Origin: Xanthobacteraceae bacterium
GTDB lineage: Bacteria > Pseudomonadota > Alphaproteobacteria > Rhizobiales > Xanthobacteraceae
Length of the DNA stretch: 64,000 nt
Assembly (NCBI GenBank): GCA_035440445.1
Contig: DAORMJ010000017.1
Coordinates: forward strand, 6,635 to 70,634
Direction of reading: 5' to 3'
Part shown: positions 11,791-23,067 of the stretch, piece by piece
Numbering within the stretch: position 1 is the stretch's first letter
How the letters are laid out: every line of letters begins with the position of its first letter
Program-made: the position numbers and the translations under genes
The notes under the pieces: model-generated
What the model saw: the letters and a program-made list of their open reading frames with translations, nothing else
Told to the model about the DNA's origin: nothing
Databases searched by the model: none

Positions 11791-12023
11791 ACCAGTTACT
11801 CCTCAAATTCCCACGAAAACCGGCCAACAGCCCCGGCCGGTCAAAAACCCCATAATTTTCGAATATTCCATCAACCTTGACGAAATCTTTGCGGCGCGGT
11901 CAGGGCGCGAAAACAAAGAATTTTGGGGCGGATTCCATTGCGCATGGTTAGCGCCGGGTTAACGGGAACCGGGGTTCCACCAGCGTCACGCCTTTACAGC
12001 GATGCGATACTGCTAAGACATGG

Positions 12024-12046
12024 ATGGCCGGGACAAGCCCGGCCAT
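12024..12046. repeat. REP-like hairpin (ATGGCCGGG-ACAA-GCCCGGCCAT type)
   Basis: Perfect stem atggccggg/cccggccat in the tolB-pal spacer. A related hairpin lies at 48857-48888 (tcatgccc...gggcatga). Confidence 0.6.
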
Positions 12047-12077
12047 GACGAATTCTATTGATCGATGATGCTATCGG

Positions 12078-13412
12078 TCACGACAACGGCGGCGACCATG
12101 CCGGGTCGGATGCATAAGACGGCGTCGGGACCTTGAGCTCGTTATAGCCCGTGAGATCGACCGTGAAGAGCGACGGACCGGCGTTACCGCCCGGATCGCG
12201 GAAGAACATCAACACGCGCCCGTTCGGCGACCAGGTCGGACCTTCGTTATGGAATCCTTCTGTGAGTACGCGCTCACCCGTGCCGTCGGTCTTCATCACG
12301 CCGATCGCAAACGAGCCGTCGCCTTGCCGCGTGAACGCGATGACGTCGCCGCGCGGCGACCAGACCGGTGTCGAGTAGCGCGCGCCGCCCGGCGGCGAGA
12401 TGCGCCGCTGGTTGGAGCCGTCGGCATTCATCACATAAAGCTGCTGCGTACCGCCGCGATCGGACTCGAACACGATCTGCTGTCCGTCCGGCGAGAAGGA
12501 TGGCGCGGTGTCGATCGCGGGCGTCGCCGTCAAGCGCGTCGTGCGCTTGGTGCGCAGGTCCATCAGATAGATGTTCGACGCGCCCTGCTGCTGCAGGCTC
12601 ATCACCACGCTCTGCCCGTTCGGCGAGAAGCGCGGGCTGAACGCCATGTTCGGAAAATCGCCGACAATCTCGCGCTGCCCGGTCTCGATATTGAGCAACA
12701 CCACGCGCGGCGGCTGGTCGCCGCGGCCGTAGGACATGTAGGTGATTTCCTGATTGGTCGGCGAGAAGCGCGGCGTCAGCACCAACTCGTCGCCGCGCGT
12801 CAGATAGCGCACGTTCGCGCCGTCCTGATCCATGATCGCAAGCCGCTTCACGCGGCGGTCCTTCGGGCCGGTCTCGTCGACATAGACGATGCGCGTGTCG
12901 AAATAGCCCTTCTCGCCGGTGAGGCGCTGATAGATCAGATCGGAAATGATGTGCGCAATGCGCCGCCAGTTTTCCGGCTGCGTGAGGAATTGCTGGCCGA
13001 TCATGTATTGGCCGGCGGAAATATCCCAGAGCCGGAAGGCGACCGAGAAGCGGCCATCGCCCTGCCGGACGACGCGGCCGGTAACAAGCGTCTGCGCATT
13101 GATCACGCGCCAGTCCTGAAAGCGGGGCGCGACATCGATATTGCCGATGCGTTCGATAAAGGCCGCCGGGTCGACCGGCGCGAACAGGCCGGAGCGGCGC
13201 AGGTTGTTCGTAATCACGCCGGAGATGCCGCGGCCGGTATCCTGCTCGCCCTGCCCGCCGACGAATTCGGTGATCGCGATCGGCAAGGGCTGCACGGTGC
13301 CGCGCGTGATGTCGACCCGCGTCTGCGCGAGCGCAAGACGCGGCGCGGAAAGCGCGAGCGCCGCGGTGCCGGCGGTAAGCAACAGATTGCGGCGGGAGAA
13401 TTGAGCGGTCAT
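12078..13412 (-). CDS. tolB: Tol-Pal system beta-propeller protein TolB
   Basis: 444 aa. Tat/Sec-like leader [23 protein letters not shown]. Repeated PxFSPDG/WSP propeller blades. Confidence 0.95.
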   Translation of the reverse strand: MTAQFSRRNLLLTAGTAALALSAPRLALAQTRVDITRGTVQPLPIAITEFVGGQGEQDTGRGISGVITNNLRRSGLFAPVDPAAFIERIGNIDVAPRFQDWRVINAQTLVTGRVVRQGDGRFSVAFRLWDISAGQYMIGQQFLTQPENWRRIAHIISDLIYQRLTGEKGYFDTRIVYVDETGPKDRRVKRLAIMDQDGANVRYLTRGDELVLTPRFSPTNQEITYMSYGRGDQPPRVVLLNIETGQREIVGDFPNMAFSPRFSPNGQSVVMSLQQQGASNIYLMDLRTKRTTRLTATPAIDTAPSFSPDGQQIVFESDRGGTQQLYVMNADGSNQRRISPPGGARYSTPVWSPRGDVIAFTRQGDGSFAIGVMKTDGTGERVLTEGFHNEGPTWSPNGRVLMFFRDPGGNAGPSLFTVDLTGYNELKVPTPSYASDPAWSPPLS

Positions 13413-13464
13413 GACGTGAAGCCTCTAGGCTGGCCGTAAACGGTTCAAGCGAATGTTCGTGACC

Positions 13465-14361
13465 TCAACCGCGCACGGTCTGCGGCGGGGCGAAGTTAAA
13501 GATCATATCCTTCCAGAAATTATACTTGCCAGCCGAAAGCATCTTGTAGGGCTGGCAGGCGATCACCGCACGCACCGCGCTTTCCGCGGTGGTCTGGAAT
13601 GCGGGGCTGGCGCCGGTATTGAGCACCTGCGGGGGTGCCGCAAGCGTGCCGTCCGGTTTCATCTGGATGCGCAGTTCGACTACCGCGCGCTCGACGTTGC
13701 CGACGCCCGGAAGCACGTTCCAGCATTTCTCGACGTGGCGCGCGAGCGCGACCAGCTCGTCCATCGAGAGCATGTTGTCCTGGCCTTTCGGCGTGCCGAG
13801 ATTGGCGTTCGATTTCTGCTCGCCCGCGTTCTTCTTGCGCGACGGCGCGCGGCGGTCGAGGAGCTCGGCGATCTTGTCCGGATCGAAGTCGTGCCTGGTC
13901 TTCACCGGCGGTGCTTTTTCCTTCACGATCTTCTTCGGCGTTTCTTTTTTCTTCTCGGCCTTCTTCTGCTCTTCCTCGAGCTTCTTGGCGATCGCGTCCG
14001 GCGAAGGCGTCGGATCGGGCTTCGCGACCTCCTTCTTAGGCTCTTCTTTCTTCTCGACCTTCTGCTCGGTCTGCTGCGGAGGCGGCGGGGTGGATTTCAC
14101 CTCGCGGTCCTTGATCGGCAGATTGGCGTCGGTGACGGGCGTCGGATCGGCTTTCTTCTCGGCCTGCTTCACGGGCTCTGGGCGGTTCTCCGCTTTAGTC
14201 TTGCCCTGCTTCATCTTCGTCACTTCGGTGATGGAGACGAGATCGATCGGCAACGTATCCATCGGCGGCGCTTCGTTCGGCTTCACCGAGGCAAAGTGAA
14301 TCAGTCCCCAGCCGAGGACGATGGCATGCAATGCGGTGGAGATGGTGAAGCCGGGGCGCAT
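13465..14361 (-). CDS. tolA: TolA-like cell-envelope integrity protein
   Basis: 298 aa. Single N-terminal TM, K/E/P-rich linker (EKKEEPKKEVAKPDPTP...EEEQKKAEKKKETPKK), globular C-terminus. Position between tolR and tolB. Confidence 0.75.
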   Translation of the reverse strand: MRPGFTISTALHAIVLGWGLIHFASVKPNEAPPMDTLPIDLVSITEVTKMKQGKTKAENRPEPVKQAEKKADPTPVTDANLPIKDREVKSTPPPPQQTEQKVEKKEEPKKEVAKPDPTPSPDAIAKKLEEEQKKAEKKKETPKKIVKEKAPPVKTRHDFDPDKIAELLDRRAPSRKKNAGEQKSNANLGTPKGQDNMLSMDELVALARHVEKCWNVLPGVGNVERAVVELRIQMKPDGTLAAPPQVLNTGASPAFQTTAESAVRAVIACQPYKMLSAGKYNFWKDMIFNFAPPQTVRG

Positions 14362-14369
14362 GACTCCGG

Positions 14370-14813
14370 TCAGGACCCCTCGATCTCGGTGACGAGCGCG
14401 ACCTTGCGATAGCCGGCAGCCTGCAGACGGCCCATGACTTTCATCACGGTGCCGTAGTCGACCTTCTTGTCGCCGCGGACATAGATGCGCTCTTCCACGC
14501 CCTGCTTCGCGACGGCTTTCAGCTTATCGACCAGTTCCTCGATCTTGATCTCGGTGCTTTGCAAAAACACCTGACCCTTGTCGTTGACCGAAAGGGTGAG
14601 CGGCTCGCGCTCCTGGTCGAGCGATTTCGCCTGACTCTGCGGCAGATCGATCGGCACGCCGACGGTCAGCAGAGGTGCGGAGATCATGAAGATGATGAGC
14701 AGCACGAGCATGACGTCGACGAGCGGCGTCACGTTGATTTCGGCGCTGACGCCGCGGCCGCGCACGCGCGACGAACGCCGCTCGCCCGCCCCCGAACTTC
14801 CGCTCATGCCCAT
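14370..14813 (-). CDS. tolR: TolR (ExbD/TolR family)
   Basis: 147 aa. EINVTPLVDVMLVLLIIFMISAP with the conserved Asp. Confidence 0.9.
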   Translation of the reverse strand: MGMSGSSGAGERRSSRVRGRGVSAEINVTPLVDVMLVLLIIFMISAPLLTVGVPIDLPQSQAKSLDQEREPLTLSVNDKGQVFLQSTEIKIEELVDKLKAVAKQGVEERIYVRGDKKVDYGTVMKVMGRLQAAGYRKVALVTEIEGS

Positions 14814-14848
14814 GTCAGGTTGCCCATGTCAGCGTCCAAGCAAGCATC

Positions 14849-15640
<792 letters not shown>

Positions 15641-15845
15641 CGAAAATCCTTTGCATGCGGCGCTTCACGCACCGCCGCGGCGCGCATCCGGGAATGAGAA
15701 GAATCGCGGAGCCCGGCAGTGCTCACCCGCCCTGCACTTCGCGCTCGCCTGAGTCCCGTCAATACGGCACTGAATCTGTCCAAACTGCGGCGCAGACCTT
15801 CCGGTCCGCACTACAGAGAGAAGAACTTATATGGTTAACAGTTGG

Positions 15846-16316
15846 TTAGCGGCTGGCCAGCGCGTCGGCGGACATGGCTTTTCGCAGCGCCTCGGGAATC
15901 CGTCGCGCCCGCCCGCCTGACACGAAAGCCGCCTTGACCATGGCTTCCAGGAGCAGCGTTTCGCCGCGGAACACTTCCTGTTTCAGCGTCAGCGAAGCGC
16001 CCGCGATCTCGGCGGGCGAGGTCACGATGGTCAGCACGTCGTCCATATGCGCGGGCTTCAGGTATTCGAGCGTCATCGAACGCACGACGAAGGCGAAGCC
16101 CGGCGCTTCCTGCCCCGCTTCCTCGAACAGTGCGCGGTGATCGACCCCGAGCAGGCGCAGAAAATCCGTGCGCCCGCGTTCCATGAAGCGCAGATAGCTC
16201 GCGTGATAGACCACGCCCGAGAAATCCGTGTCCTCGTAATAGACGCGCACCGCCATGACGTGCCTGCCGTTTTCGATACGGCCCGCAAGATCGGGCCAGC
16301 GTTCCGGCGTCTTCAT
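15846..16316 (-). CDS. ybgC: Tol-Pal-associated acyl-CoA thioesterase YbgC
   Basis: 156 aa. [30 protein letters not shown] hotdog motif. ATGA overlap with the ruvB stop. Confidence 0.85.
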   Translation of the reverse strand: MKTPERWPDLAGRIENGRHVMAVRVYYEDTDFSGVVYHASYLRFMERGRTDFLRLLGVDHRALFEEAGQEAPGFAFVVRSMTLEYLKPAHMDDVLTIVTSPAEIAGASLTLKQEVFRGETLLLEAMVKAAFVSGGRARRIPEALRKAMSADALASR

Positions 16317-17350
16317 TCTTCACCCTGATCGAATAGCGGCATCTGCGCGGTGTCGCGCTTGGGCTCCTGCAGGCCGAGATGCTTGTAGGCATGTGAGGTC
16401 ATCATGCGGCCGCGCGGCGTGCGTTGGATGAACCCGCGCTGGATCAGAAACGGCTCGATGATGTCTTCGAGCGCGTCGCGCGGCTCGGAAAGTGCCGCCG
16501 AGATAGTTTCGATCCCGACCGGGCCGCCGGCGTAGAAGTCGGAGATGATGCGCAGGTAACGCCGGTCCATGGCATCGAGCCCGGCGCCGTCGACTTCGAG
16601 TTGCGAAAGCGCGCGATCCGCGGCCTTCGCGTCGATGGTCGCGACTTTATCGACCGCCGCGAAGTCGCGCACGCGCTTGAGCAAGCGTCCTGCGATGCGC
16701 GGCGTGCCACGTGCACGCTTCGCGATCTCGCGCGCGCCATCCTTACTCATGCCGATATTCAGAACCCGCGCGCCGCGTTCGACAATGGTCTCCAATTCAT
16801 CGACTTCATAGAAGCCGAGGCGAACCGGAATGCCAAAGCGATCACGCAAGGGCGTCGTGAGAAGCCCCGAGCGCGTGGTGGCGCCGACGAGCGTGAATTT
16901 CGCAAGCTCGATCTTCACCGAGCGCGCCGCCGGACCTTCACCGATGATGAGATCGAGTTGATAGTCCTCCATCGCCGGATAGAGCACTTCCTCGATATGC
17001 GGGTTCAGGCGATGGATCTCATCAATGAAAAGCACGTCGCGCTCTTCGAGGTTCGTGAGCAGTGCCGCGAGGTCGCCTGCCTTCGCGATCACCGGGCCGG
17101 AGGTGGCGCGAAAATTCACGCCGAGTTCGCGCGCCACGATCTGCGCAAGCGTGGTCTTGCCGAGACCCGGCGGGCCCACGAGCAGCACATGATCGAGCGC
17201 TTCTTTGCGCGACTTCGCCGCCTCGATGAAGACGGAGAGGTTTGCGCGCGCCTGTTGCTGGCCGATGAATTCGGAAAGCCGCTGCGGGCGCAGATGCGCG
17301 TCGGCGGAATCGTCGTCGCGTTGTTCTGCGGATACGAGACGGGAATTCAC
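16313..17350 (-). CDS. ruvB: Holliday junction branch migration helicase RuvB
   Basis: 345 aa. [12 protein letters not shown], Walker [19 protein letters not shown]. Confidence 0.97.
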   Translation of the reverse strand: MNSRLVSAEQRDDDSADAHLRPQRLSEFIGQQQARANLSVFIEAAKSRKEALDHVLLVGPPGLGKTTLAQIVARELGVNFRATSGPVIAKAGDLAALLTNLEERDVLFIDEIHRLNPHIEEVLYPAMEDYQLDLIIGEGPAARSVKIELAKFTLVGATTRSGLLTTPLRDRFGIPVRLGFYEVDELETIVERGARVLNIGMSKDGAREIAKRARGTPRIAGRLLKRVRDFAAVDKVATIDAKAADRALSQLEVDGAGLDAMDRRYLRIISDFYAGGPVGIETISAALSEPRDALEDIIEPFLIQRGFIQRTPRGRMMTSHAYKHLGLQEPKRDTAQMPLFDQGEE

Positions 17351-17967
17351 CGCGCCAGTTCCTTCAAACCGAGCCGGATCAGCGTTTCCACCGGCGCATC
17401 CTCATCGCCGGAAGCACGCACAGCGGCGGCAACGGCAGCACTCGCCTGAATCTCTCCATAGCCGAGATGCACGAGCGCGGAGACGGCGTCCGCCACCGGC
17501 TGCGGCGCGCGTTTCTCGGAAAGCTCGCCCTGCAACTGCACGACCGACGGATCGACGGTCGCAAAAGCCGGGGCCTTATCCTTCAACTCCGCAACGATGC
17601 GCGCGGCGAGCTTCGGACCCACGCCCGGCGTGCGCGCGACGGCCGTCTTGTCGCCGAGCGCAATCGCATTCGCGAGTTCGGCGGGCTTCAAGGTGGACAA
17701 CACCGCGAGCGCCACGCGCGCGCCGACACCCTGCACGCTTTGCAGGATGCGAAACCATTCGCGCTCCAGATCGTTGGTGAAGCCGAACAGCTTGATTTCC
17801 TGCTCGCGCACATGCGTTTCAATGGAGATCGTCGCGGCTTCGCCGGCTGGGGGCAGCGATTGCAGCGTGCGCGCCGAGCAATGCACGATATAGCCAACGC
17901 CATGCACGTCGATCACGACGAAGTCGTCGCCATAAGTATCGACCACGCCGCGCAGCTTGCCGATCAT
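17347..17967 (-). CDS. ruvA: Holliday junction DNA-binding protein RuvA
   Basis: 206 aa. [10 protein letters not shown]...VIDVHGVGY and the HhH motifs [14 protein letters not shown] and [12 protein letters not shown]. Confidence 0.95.
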   Translation of the reverse strand: MIGKLRGVVDTYGDDFVVIDVHGVGYIVHCSARTLQSLPPAGEAATISIETHVREQEIKLFGFTNDLEREWFRILQSVQGVGARVALAVLSTLKPAELANAIALGDKTAVARTPGVGPKLAARIVAELKDKAPAFATVDPSVVQLQGELSEKRAPQPVADAVSALVHLGYGEIQASAAVAAAVRASGDEDAPVETLIRLGLKELAR

Positions 17968-18485
17968 GCGGAGGCTCCTCCCACCACACGCGAGAGGATA
18001 TCCACGGCCTGCCGGTGATGCGCGTGACAGACCGCGATCGCGAGCGCATCCGCCGCGTCGTCTGATTGCGGATCGGCCTTCGGCATCAACACACGGATCA
18101 TCAGCCGGATCTGCGCCTTCTCGGCACGGCCGGCGCCGACCACGGTTTTCTTGATGAGGTTCGGCGCATATTCCGCGACCCGCAGCCCCGCCTGCGCCGG
18201 CACCAGGAGCGCGATTCCGCGTGCCTGCCCGAGCTTCAGCGCCGAGCGCGGATCGGCGTTGACGAACGTCTCCTCGACCGCTGCCTCGTGCGGCCTGTGC
18301 TGCTCGACGACCGCGGCAAGGCCCTTATGAATGAAAGCGAGCCGCTCGCTCAAGGATTCCCGCTCGTCGGAATTCACGGAGCCGCAGGCAATAAAGGTAA
18401 GGCGCGCGCCCTCGCACTCGATAATGCCCCAGCCGGTACGGCGGAGGCCGGGGTCAATACCGAGGATTCGATTCGCGCGGATCAT
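17964..18485 (-). CDS. ruvC: crossover junction endodeoxyribonuclease RuvC
   Basis: 173 aa. [16 protein letters not shown]...[13 protein letters not shown]. Confidence 0.95.
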   Translation of the reverse strand: MIRANRILGIDPGLRRTGWGIIECEGARLTFIACGSVNSDERESLSERLAFIHKGLAAVVEQHRPHEAAVEETFVNADPRSALKLGQARGIALLVPAQAGLRVAEYAPNLIKKTVVGAGRAEKAQIRLMIRVLMPKADPQSDDAADALAIAVCHAHHRQAVDILSRVVGGASA

Positions 18486-18561
18486 GTCTGTGCTGATAAC
18501 TCCGCTATCGAAGCCTGCCTAGGCCGCATGCTAGGGCTCGGGCCGCAACAAGGCATCCGAA

Positions 18562-19332
18562 TTGTCCGCCCTTTTCCCAGCGCTTGCGCCCTTCTTCGAC
18601 GACCGGCTCGCCTACGCGGCCATGATCGCGTTTCTGTCGGGCTTCGTGCGGGGCTTTTCCGGCTTCGGACAGGGCATGATTTATGTGCCGCTGATCGCAG
18701 CACTCTATGGCCCGCGGCTCGCGATCACGACGATCCTGCTGATCGATCTGTTCTGCTCGGTTCCGTTTCTCTTTCCCGCGCTGCCGCACGTGCGGTGGAA
18801 GCAGATGCTCCCGCTCGCCGGTGCCGCGGCCCTCACCATTCCGCTCGGGACGCTGGCGCTCCTCTACATGGACCCCTCGCCGTTGCGCTGGGTGATTGCG
18901 ATTTCGATCTTTGTTTGCGTGATCCTGCTCGCGAGTGGCTGGCGTTATCGCGGCACGCCCGGCACGCCGGTGACGCTCGGGGTCGGCGCGATCTCCGGAC
19001 TTCTCGGCGGCGCGATTCAGATACCCGGACCTCCGGTGATTCTGTTCTGGCTTAGCGGCACGCTTTCGGCGGTCGCGGTGCGCGCGAACTTCATCGCCTA
19101 TTTCGCGCTCTTCGATGTGTTCTCGATCGCCGTCTATGGCTGGAGCGGGCTCATGACGAACGACGTTTTTCTGTTCGGCCTTCTGATGTTCATGCCGTTC
19201 ATCGCAGGCGCCGCAGGCGGCTCGATGGTTTTCGTCTTCATGTCGGACAGGAATTACCGCGCTGCGGCCTATGTGCTGATCCTGATCGCGGCGGCACTAA
19301 GCCTGCCGTTATTCGACGGATTTCTTCGCTGA
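18562..19332 (+). CDS. TauE/SafE (TSUP) family membrane transporter
   Basis: 256 aa polytopic membrane protein. GFVRGFSGFGQGMIYVP and a second half with GAISGLLGGAIQIPGPP. TTG start in the track; the start is uncertain. Confidence 0.7.
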   Translation: MSALFPALAPFFDDRLAYAAMIAFLSGFVRGFSGFGQGMIYVPLIAALYGPRLAITTILLIDLFCSVPFLFPALPHVRWKQMLPLAGAAALTIPLGTLALLYMDPSPLRWVIAISIFVCVILLASGWRYRGTPGTPVTLGVGAISGLLGGAIQIPGPPVILFWLSGTLSAVAVRANFIAYFALFDVFSIAVYGWSGLMTNDVFLFGLLMFMPFIAGAAGGSMVFVFMSDRNYRAAAYVLILIAAALSLPLFDGFLR

Positions 19333-20211
19333 GAACACGTCATTCAGCACGCCGCTTGCGAGCAATACGCCGGCACCGGTCGTGATCACGCCGAAGATCG
19401 AAGCCGCATCGGGAATTTCTTTCAGCACCGGAATCGCAATCAGCGTCGCAAGCGCCGGTACCAGCGCCACGAATGCCGCCGCGCGCGACGCACCGAGCCG
19501 CGCAATCCCGATGTTGTAGAGGACAAGCGCCACGAGCCCCGAGCCGATGCCCTGGATCAGCGCCTGCAGCAGGATTTCGTTGATTGCGCCGTGCCTGTAG
19601 GCATCGATCAGTTGCGGCGCACCGAACGGCAGAACGGCGAGCGTCGACCAGAAGCCGATGAGCGCCGTCATCTCGATTGCGCTGATACCGACGAGGCGGA
19701 ACGAAACCGTGTAGCAGGCCCACCAGAGTGCAGCCATCAGCAGCATCGCATGACCGATGCTGACCTCGCTGCTCATGGCAGTGAGGCTCCTGCCCGCGAC
19801 CACCGCAACGCCCGCGGCGCAGAGCGCGAAGCCTGCGGCCCGCGCCCAGCCCAGCCGTTCCTTGAAAACCACCACCGAGATGAGCGCGACCAGAAGCGGC
19901 ATGGTGCCCGGCACCAGCGGGCCGATGTCGGCCGCGGGCGCGCGCCGCATGGCGTAACCCATCAGGATCAGGAACGGCAGTCCAGCGCCCAGGATGCACA
20001 GCAGGAACGGAACCGTTTTGCCCTTGGGCCAGAGCCGGATGCGAAAGAGCAATGGCGCGAGGAGGATCGTGGGAATGCCGACCCGCAGCAGCGCCACCGA
20101 AGCCGGTGTCAGCGCGCCGATCACCGCATGGCGCGTAAGCACCACCCACGCGCCCCAGATCGTCACCGCAGAGATGATCGCGGCGTAACCGAGTGCGCGT
20201 GAATTGTTCAC
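19309..20211 (-). CDS. DMT superfamily (EamA-like) transporter
   Basis: 300 aa, about 10 TM. Duplicated EamA-type halves. ATGA-type overlap with the yebC stop. Confidence 0.75.
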   Translation of the reverse strand: MNNSRALGYAAIISAVTIWGAWVVLTRHAVIGALTPASVALLRVGIPTILLAPLLFRIRLWPKGKTVPFLLCILGAGLPFLILMGYAMRRAPAADIGPLVPGTMPLLVALISVVVFKERLGWARAAGFALCAAGVAVVAGRSLTAMSSEVSIGHAMLLMAALWWACYTVSFRLVGISAIEMTALIGFWSTLAVLPFGAPQLIDAYRHGAINEILLQALIQGIGSGLVALVLYNIGIARLGASRAAAFVALVPALATLIAIPVLKEIPDAASIFGVITTGAGVLLASGVLNDVFSAKKSVE

Positions 20212-20954
20212 GCCGAGAGCTTTGCCATCAGCGATTCCGAGAATTCGAAATTGCCATAGACGTTCTGCACGTCGTCGTTCTCTTCGAGATTTTCGACGAG
20301 CTTCATCAGTTTTTCGCCTGCTTCGTCGTCTACCGCGATGGTGTTCTGCGGCCGCCAGGTGAGACCGCTTTTCTTCGGTTCGCCGAACTTCGCTTCCAGC
20401 GCCTTCTGCACTTCGTTGAGACTTTCGACCGCCGTGACGATCTCGTGTCCTTCGTCGGAAGAGATCACGTCGTCCGCACCGGCTTCGATACCGGCTTCCA
20501 GCATCGCGTCGTCGCTCGCCTTGGCGCGGTCGTATTCGATGAGCCCGATGTGGTTGAACATGAAGGAAACGGCGCCCGTTTCCGCAAGTGAGCCGCCGCT
20601 CTTTGTGAAGAACGAGCGCACTTCCGAAACCGTGCGGGTGCGGTTGTCGGTGAGCGCTTCCACGATCAGCGCGACGCCGCCGGGGCCGTATCCTTCGTAG
20701 CGGATGCTGTCGAAGTTATCGCCCTCGCCGCCGGCCGCCTTCTTGATTGCACGTTCGATATTGTCCTTCGGCATGTTTTCCGCGCGCGCAGCCAGGATGG
20801 CGGCGCGCAGGCGCGGGTTCATGGCCGGGTCCGGAAGGCCCATCTTGGCGGAAACGGTAATTTCGCGCGCGAGCTTTCCGAAGAGCTTGGAACGGGCGGC
20901 GTCCTGACGCCCCTTCCGGTGCATGATGTTCTTGAATTGCGAATGGCCGGCCAT
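20208..20954 (-). CDS. yebC: YebC/PmpR family DNA-binding transcriptional regulator
   Basis: 248 aa. [32 protein letters not shown] is the family signature N-terminus. Confidence 0.95.
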   Translation of the reverse strand: MAGHSQFKNIMHRKGRQDAARSKLFGKLAREITVSAKMGLPDPAMNPRLRAAILAARAENMPKDNIERAIKKAAGGEGDNFDSIRYEGYGPGGVALIVEALTDNRTRTVSEVRSFFTKSGGSLAETGAVSFMFNHIGLIEYDRAKASDDAMLEAGIEAGADDVISSDEGHEIVTAVESLNEVQKALEAKFGEPKKSGLTWRPQNTIAVDDEAGEKLMKLVENLEENDDVQNVYGNFEFSESLMAKLSA

Positions 20955-21024
20955 ATGGGTCTATCCCGCTCGATTTGGCGCGGGTTTATAACAAGCGGCC
21001 TCGCGAAGGGAAGCAGGCCTGACG

Positions 21025-21849
21025 TCAACCCTGCCAGAACTTTGGCCGTGCCTCTTCTAGAACGCCGCCGATCCGCACCGGGGCGACATGCGTGGCAAGG
21101 CCCGTGGCATCGTCGGTTTCGACCGCAAGGCCCGAAACGGTGGCCTTGCCGGTGGCGGGCTCAAAACGGCCCGACGGAATCTTGGTCTGGAAACGCCGGA
21201 TCGGCTCGTCCTTGTTCATGCCGAGCACGCTCTGGTAATCGCCGCACATGCCGATGTCCGACACGAAAGCGGTGCCACCGGGCAGGATGCGGTGATCCGC
21301 GGTGGGCGCGTGGGTGTGGGTACCGACCTGCATCGAGATGCGCCCGTCCAGGAGATAGCCGAGTGCCTGCTTCTCGCTCGTCGCTTCCGCATGGAAATCG
21401 ACAAGGATCGCGTCGGCATGCTCGCGAAGCCGGCAGGCTTCTAACTCCCGCTCGATCGCCGCGAAGGGGTCGTCGAGCGCCTCCATGAAGACGCGGCCCA
21501 TCGCATTGATGACCAGCACGCGCTTGCCACTCTTCGATTCGAGCATCGCGGCACCACGCCCCGGCGTGCCTTTCGGATAGTTCAGCGGACGGATGAGCCT
21601 GGGCGCGCGTTCGATGAAGACCAGCGCCTCGCGCTGATCCCAGGAATGATTGCCGAGCGTGATCGCGTCCGCTCCGGCATCGGTGACTTCGTTATAGATC
21701 GCTTCGGTGATGCCGAAGCCGCCTGCGGAATTCTCACCATTGATGGCGACGAAATCGAGCTTCCAATCCCTGATGAGCGACGGCAGGAGATCGACGACAG
21801 CAACACGGCCCGAACGCCCGACAATGTCTCCAAGGAATAGAATACGCAT
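21025..21849 (-). CDS. YmdB-like (TIGR00282-type) metallophosphoesterase
   Basis: 274 aa. MRILFLGDIVGRSGR...INGENSAGGFGIT...GNHSWD...DFHAEATSEK. Confidence 0.85.
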   Translation of the reverse strand: MRILFLGDIVGRSGRVAVVDLLPSLIRDWKLDFVAINGENSAGGFGITEAIYNEVTDAGADAITLGNHSWDQREALVFIERAPRLIRPLNYPKGTPGRGAAMLESKSGKRVLVINAMGRVFMEALDDPFAAIERELEACRLREHADAILVDFHAEATSEKQALGYLLDGRISMQVGTHTHAPTADHRILPGGTAFVSDIGMCGDYQSVLGMNKDEPIRRFQTKIPSGRFEPATGKATVSGLAVETDDATGLATHVAPVRIGGVLEEARPKFWQG

Positions 21850-21852
21850 CCA

Positions 21853-22446
21853 TCAAGTTCCGGCAGAAAAGCGCACGCCCTCTTCGGTTATCACATAATC
21901 GAGCTTCTGGTCGTGCGGTTCCGTGGGAACGGTGTCGACGCACTGTTCCTCGAAGGCAAGACCCGCCGCGACAATCGGCTTCTTCTCGCGCAGGCGCGCG
22001 ATGCCGCCATCGTAATAGGCCTTGCCATAGCCGATGCGGTTGCCGTCGAGATCGAAAGCAAGCATGGGCACGAAAACGATATCCGGATCGACTTCCTTCG
22101 CTTCCGGTCCGGGTTCCGACAAGCCGAAGCCGACGCGGCGCAGTTGCATCCCCGGCACCCAGGCGCGGAAGATCAGTTTGCCCTCGGCGATGGCCGGAAG
22201 CGCAAGCTGCGCGCCGCTTTCCTCCGCGATCCGCTTCATCAGCGGATAGGGATTGAGTTCGGTGTTCATCGCAAACCAGCCCGACACGACCGCGCCTTCC
22301 GGCACGTCGAACGGCAGGTTCGCCTTGGCCACCTTCTCGGACATCTGTTTGCGGAAGATCGGCGAAAGCGTATCGCGCTTTGCGATCATCTCTTTGCGCA
22401 AAGCGCGTTTCTGGTCGGGAATCGATACTGGCATGACAAATTTCAA
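21853..22446 (-). CDS. 5-formyltetrahydrofolate cyclo-ligase
   Basis: 197 aa. KRALRKEMIAKRD...VFVPMLAFDLDGNRIGYGKAYYD. Confidence 0.85.
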   Translation of the reverse strand: MKFVMPVSIPDQKRALRKEMIAKRDTLSPIFRKQMSEKVAKANLPFDVPEGAVVSGWFAMNTELNPYPLMKRIAEESGAQLALPAIAEGKLIFRAWVPGMQLRRVGFGLSEPGPEAKEVDPDIVFVPMLAFDLDGNRIGYGKAYYDGGIARLREKKPIVAAGLAFEEQCVDTVPTEPHDQKLDYVITEEGVRFSAGT

Positions 22447-22454
22447 GTGCGGGC

Positions 22455-22640
22455 CGCAGTGACCGTCAGAGATTCGATCCCGGGAAACCTACGAAGTAGG
22501 TGGGCGCCATATGACTAGGTCCACGGACCAGATCAGGGACAGCTCCCGTTGAGATCGATAAGGCCCCGGGAATACTTCTCCGTCGCATCCCGCAGCGCCG
22601 CAGGTTCAACCTAGGGAGAACAAGGCCGGAGCGCCAGTCT
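22455..22640 (-). ncRNA. ssrS: probable 6S RNA
   Basis: The 200-nt non-coding gap between zapA and 5-FTHF cyclo-ligase is the conserved ssrS position (zapA-ssrS-ygfA in E. coli). The minus strand folds as a long imperfect hairpin: GAGAAGUAUUCCCGGGGCC pairs with GGUUUCCCGGGAUCGAAUCUC across an internal loop, with small terminal hairpins GGGAGCUGUCCC and GGUCCGUGGACC. The ends are approximate. Confidence 0.55.
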
Positions 22641-22646
22641 TGACTT

Positions 22647-23063
22647 TTAGCCGAGGGCAACACTCCCGCTCGGCCCGCCATTGAGGCTCTGGGCGAGGCG
22701 CTCGATGCGCTCGGCGGTGTTTTCGAGGATTTGCGCGACCTGGCGCTCCGCCTCCTCGTTGCGTTCCGCGACCTCGCGATCCGCGTCCGCCTGCCGCTGG
22801 GCAACCCGTTCGCGCGCATCCTTCAGCGACTGGATTTCCTGATCGGCGAGCCGGAGCCGCCGCTTCAATTCCGCGAGTTCGTCGGCGACCATGATCGCCG
22901 CCATCACGGCGAGACGCGTGTCGCCGATTTCGCCGAAGGACTCGCGAAGCTGCGAAATGCGCTGGTCGAGTTCGCGGCCGAGACGGGAGAGGTGATCCTC
23001 CTGCCCCGGGTCGCAGGCCATGCGATAGACGCGGCCGTTGATGCTGACGGAAACTTCGGCCAT
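22647..23063 (-). CDS. zapA: cell division protein ZapA
   Basis: I start it at the ATG at 23063 (MAEVSVSINGRVYRMACDPGQEDHLSRLGRELDQRI...RLAVMAAIMVADEL), which is the ZapA fold signature. A charged coiled-coil tail follows. The track ORF extends upstream spuriously to 23195. Confidence 0.85.
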   Translation of the reverse strand: MAEVSVSINGRVYRMACDPGQEDHLSRLGRELDQRISQLRESFGEIGDTRLAVMAAIMVADELAELKRRLRLADQEIQSLKDARERVAQRQADADREVAERNEEAERQVAQILENTAERIERLAQSLNGGPSGSVALG

Positions 23064-23067
23064 CGCC

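Noticed and set aside
13443-13459. Alphaproteobacterial SOS box (GTTC-N7-GTTC) between tolA and tolB
   Set aside because: The spacing is N8 (GTTCaagcgaatGTTC), not N7. The site lies inside an operon junction rather than a promoter. No GTTC-N7-GTTC was seen upstream of ruvC either.
22465-22490. tRNA-like T-arm sequence (GGGATCGAATCTC on the minus strand)
   Set aside because: No acceptor, D or anticodon arms can be built around it. It lies inside the probable 6S RNA hairpin. I found no convincing tRNA genes anywhere in the window.
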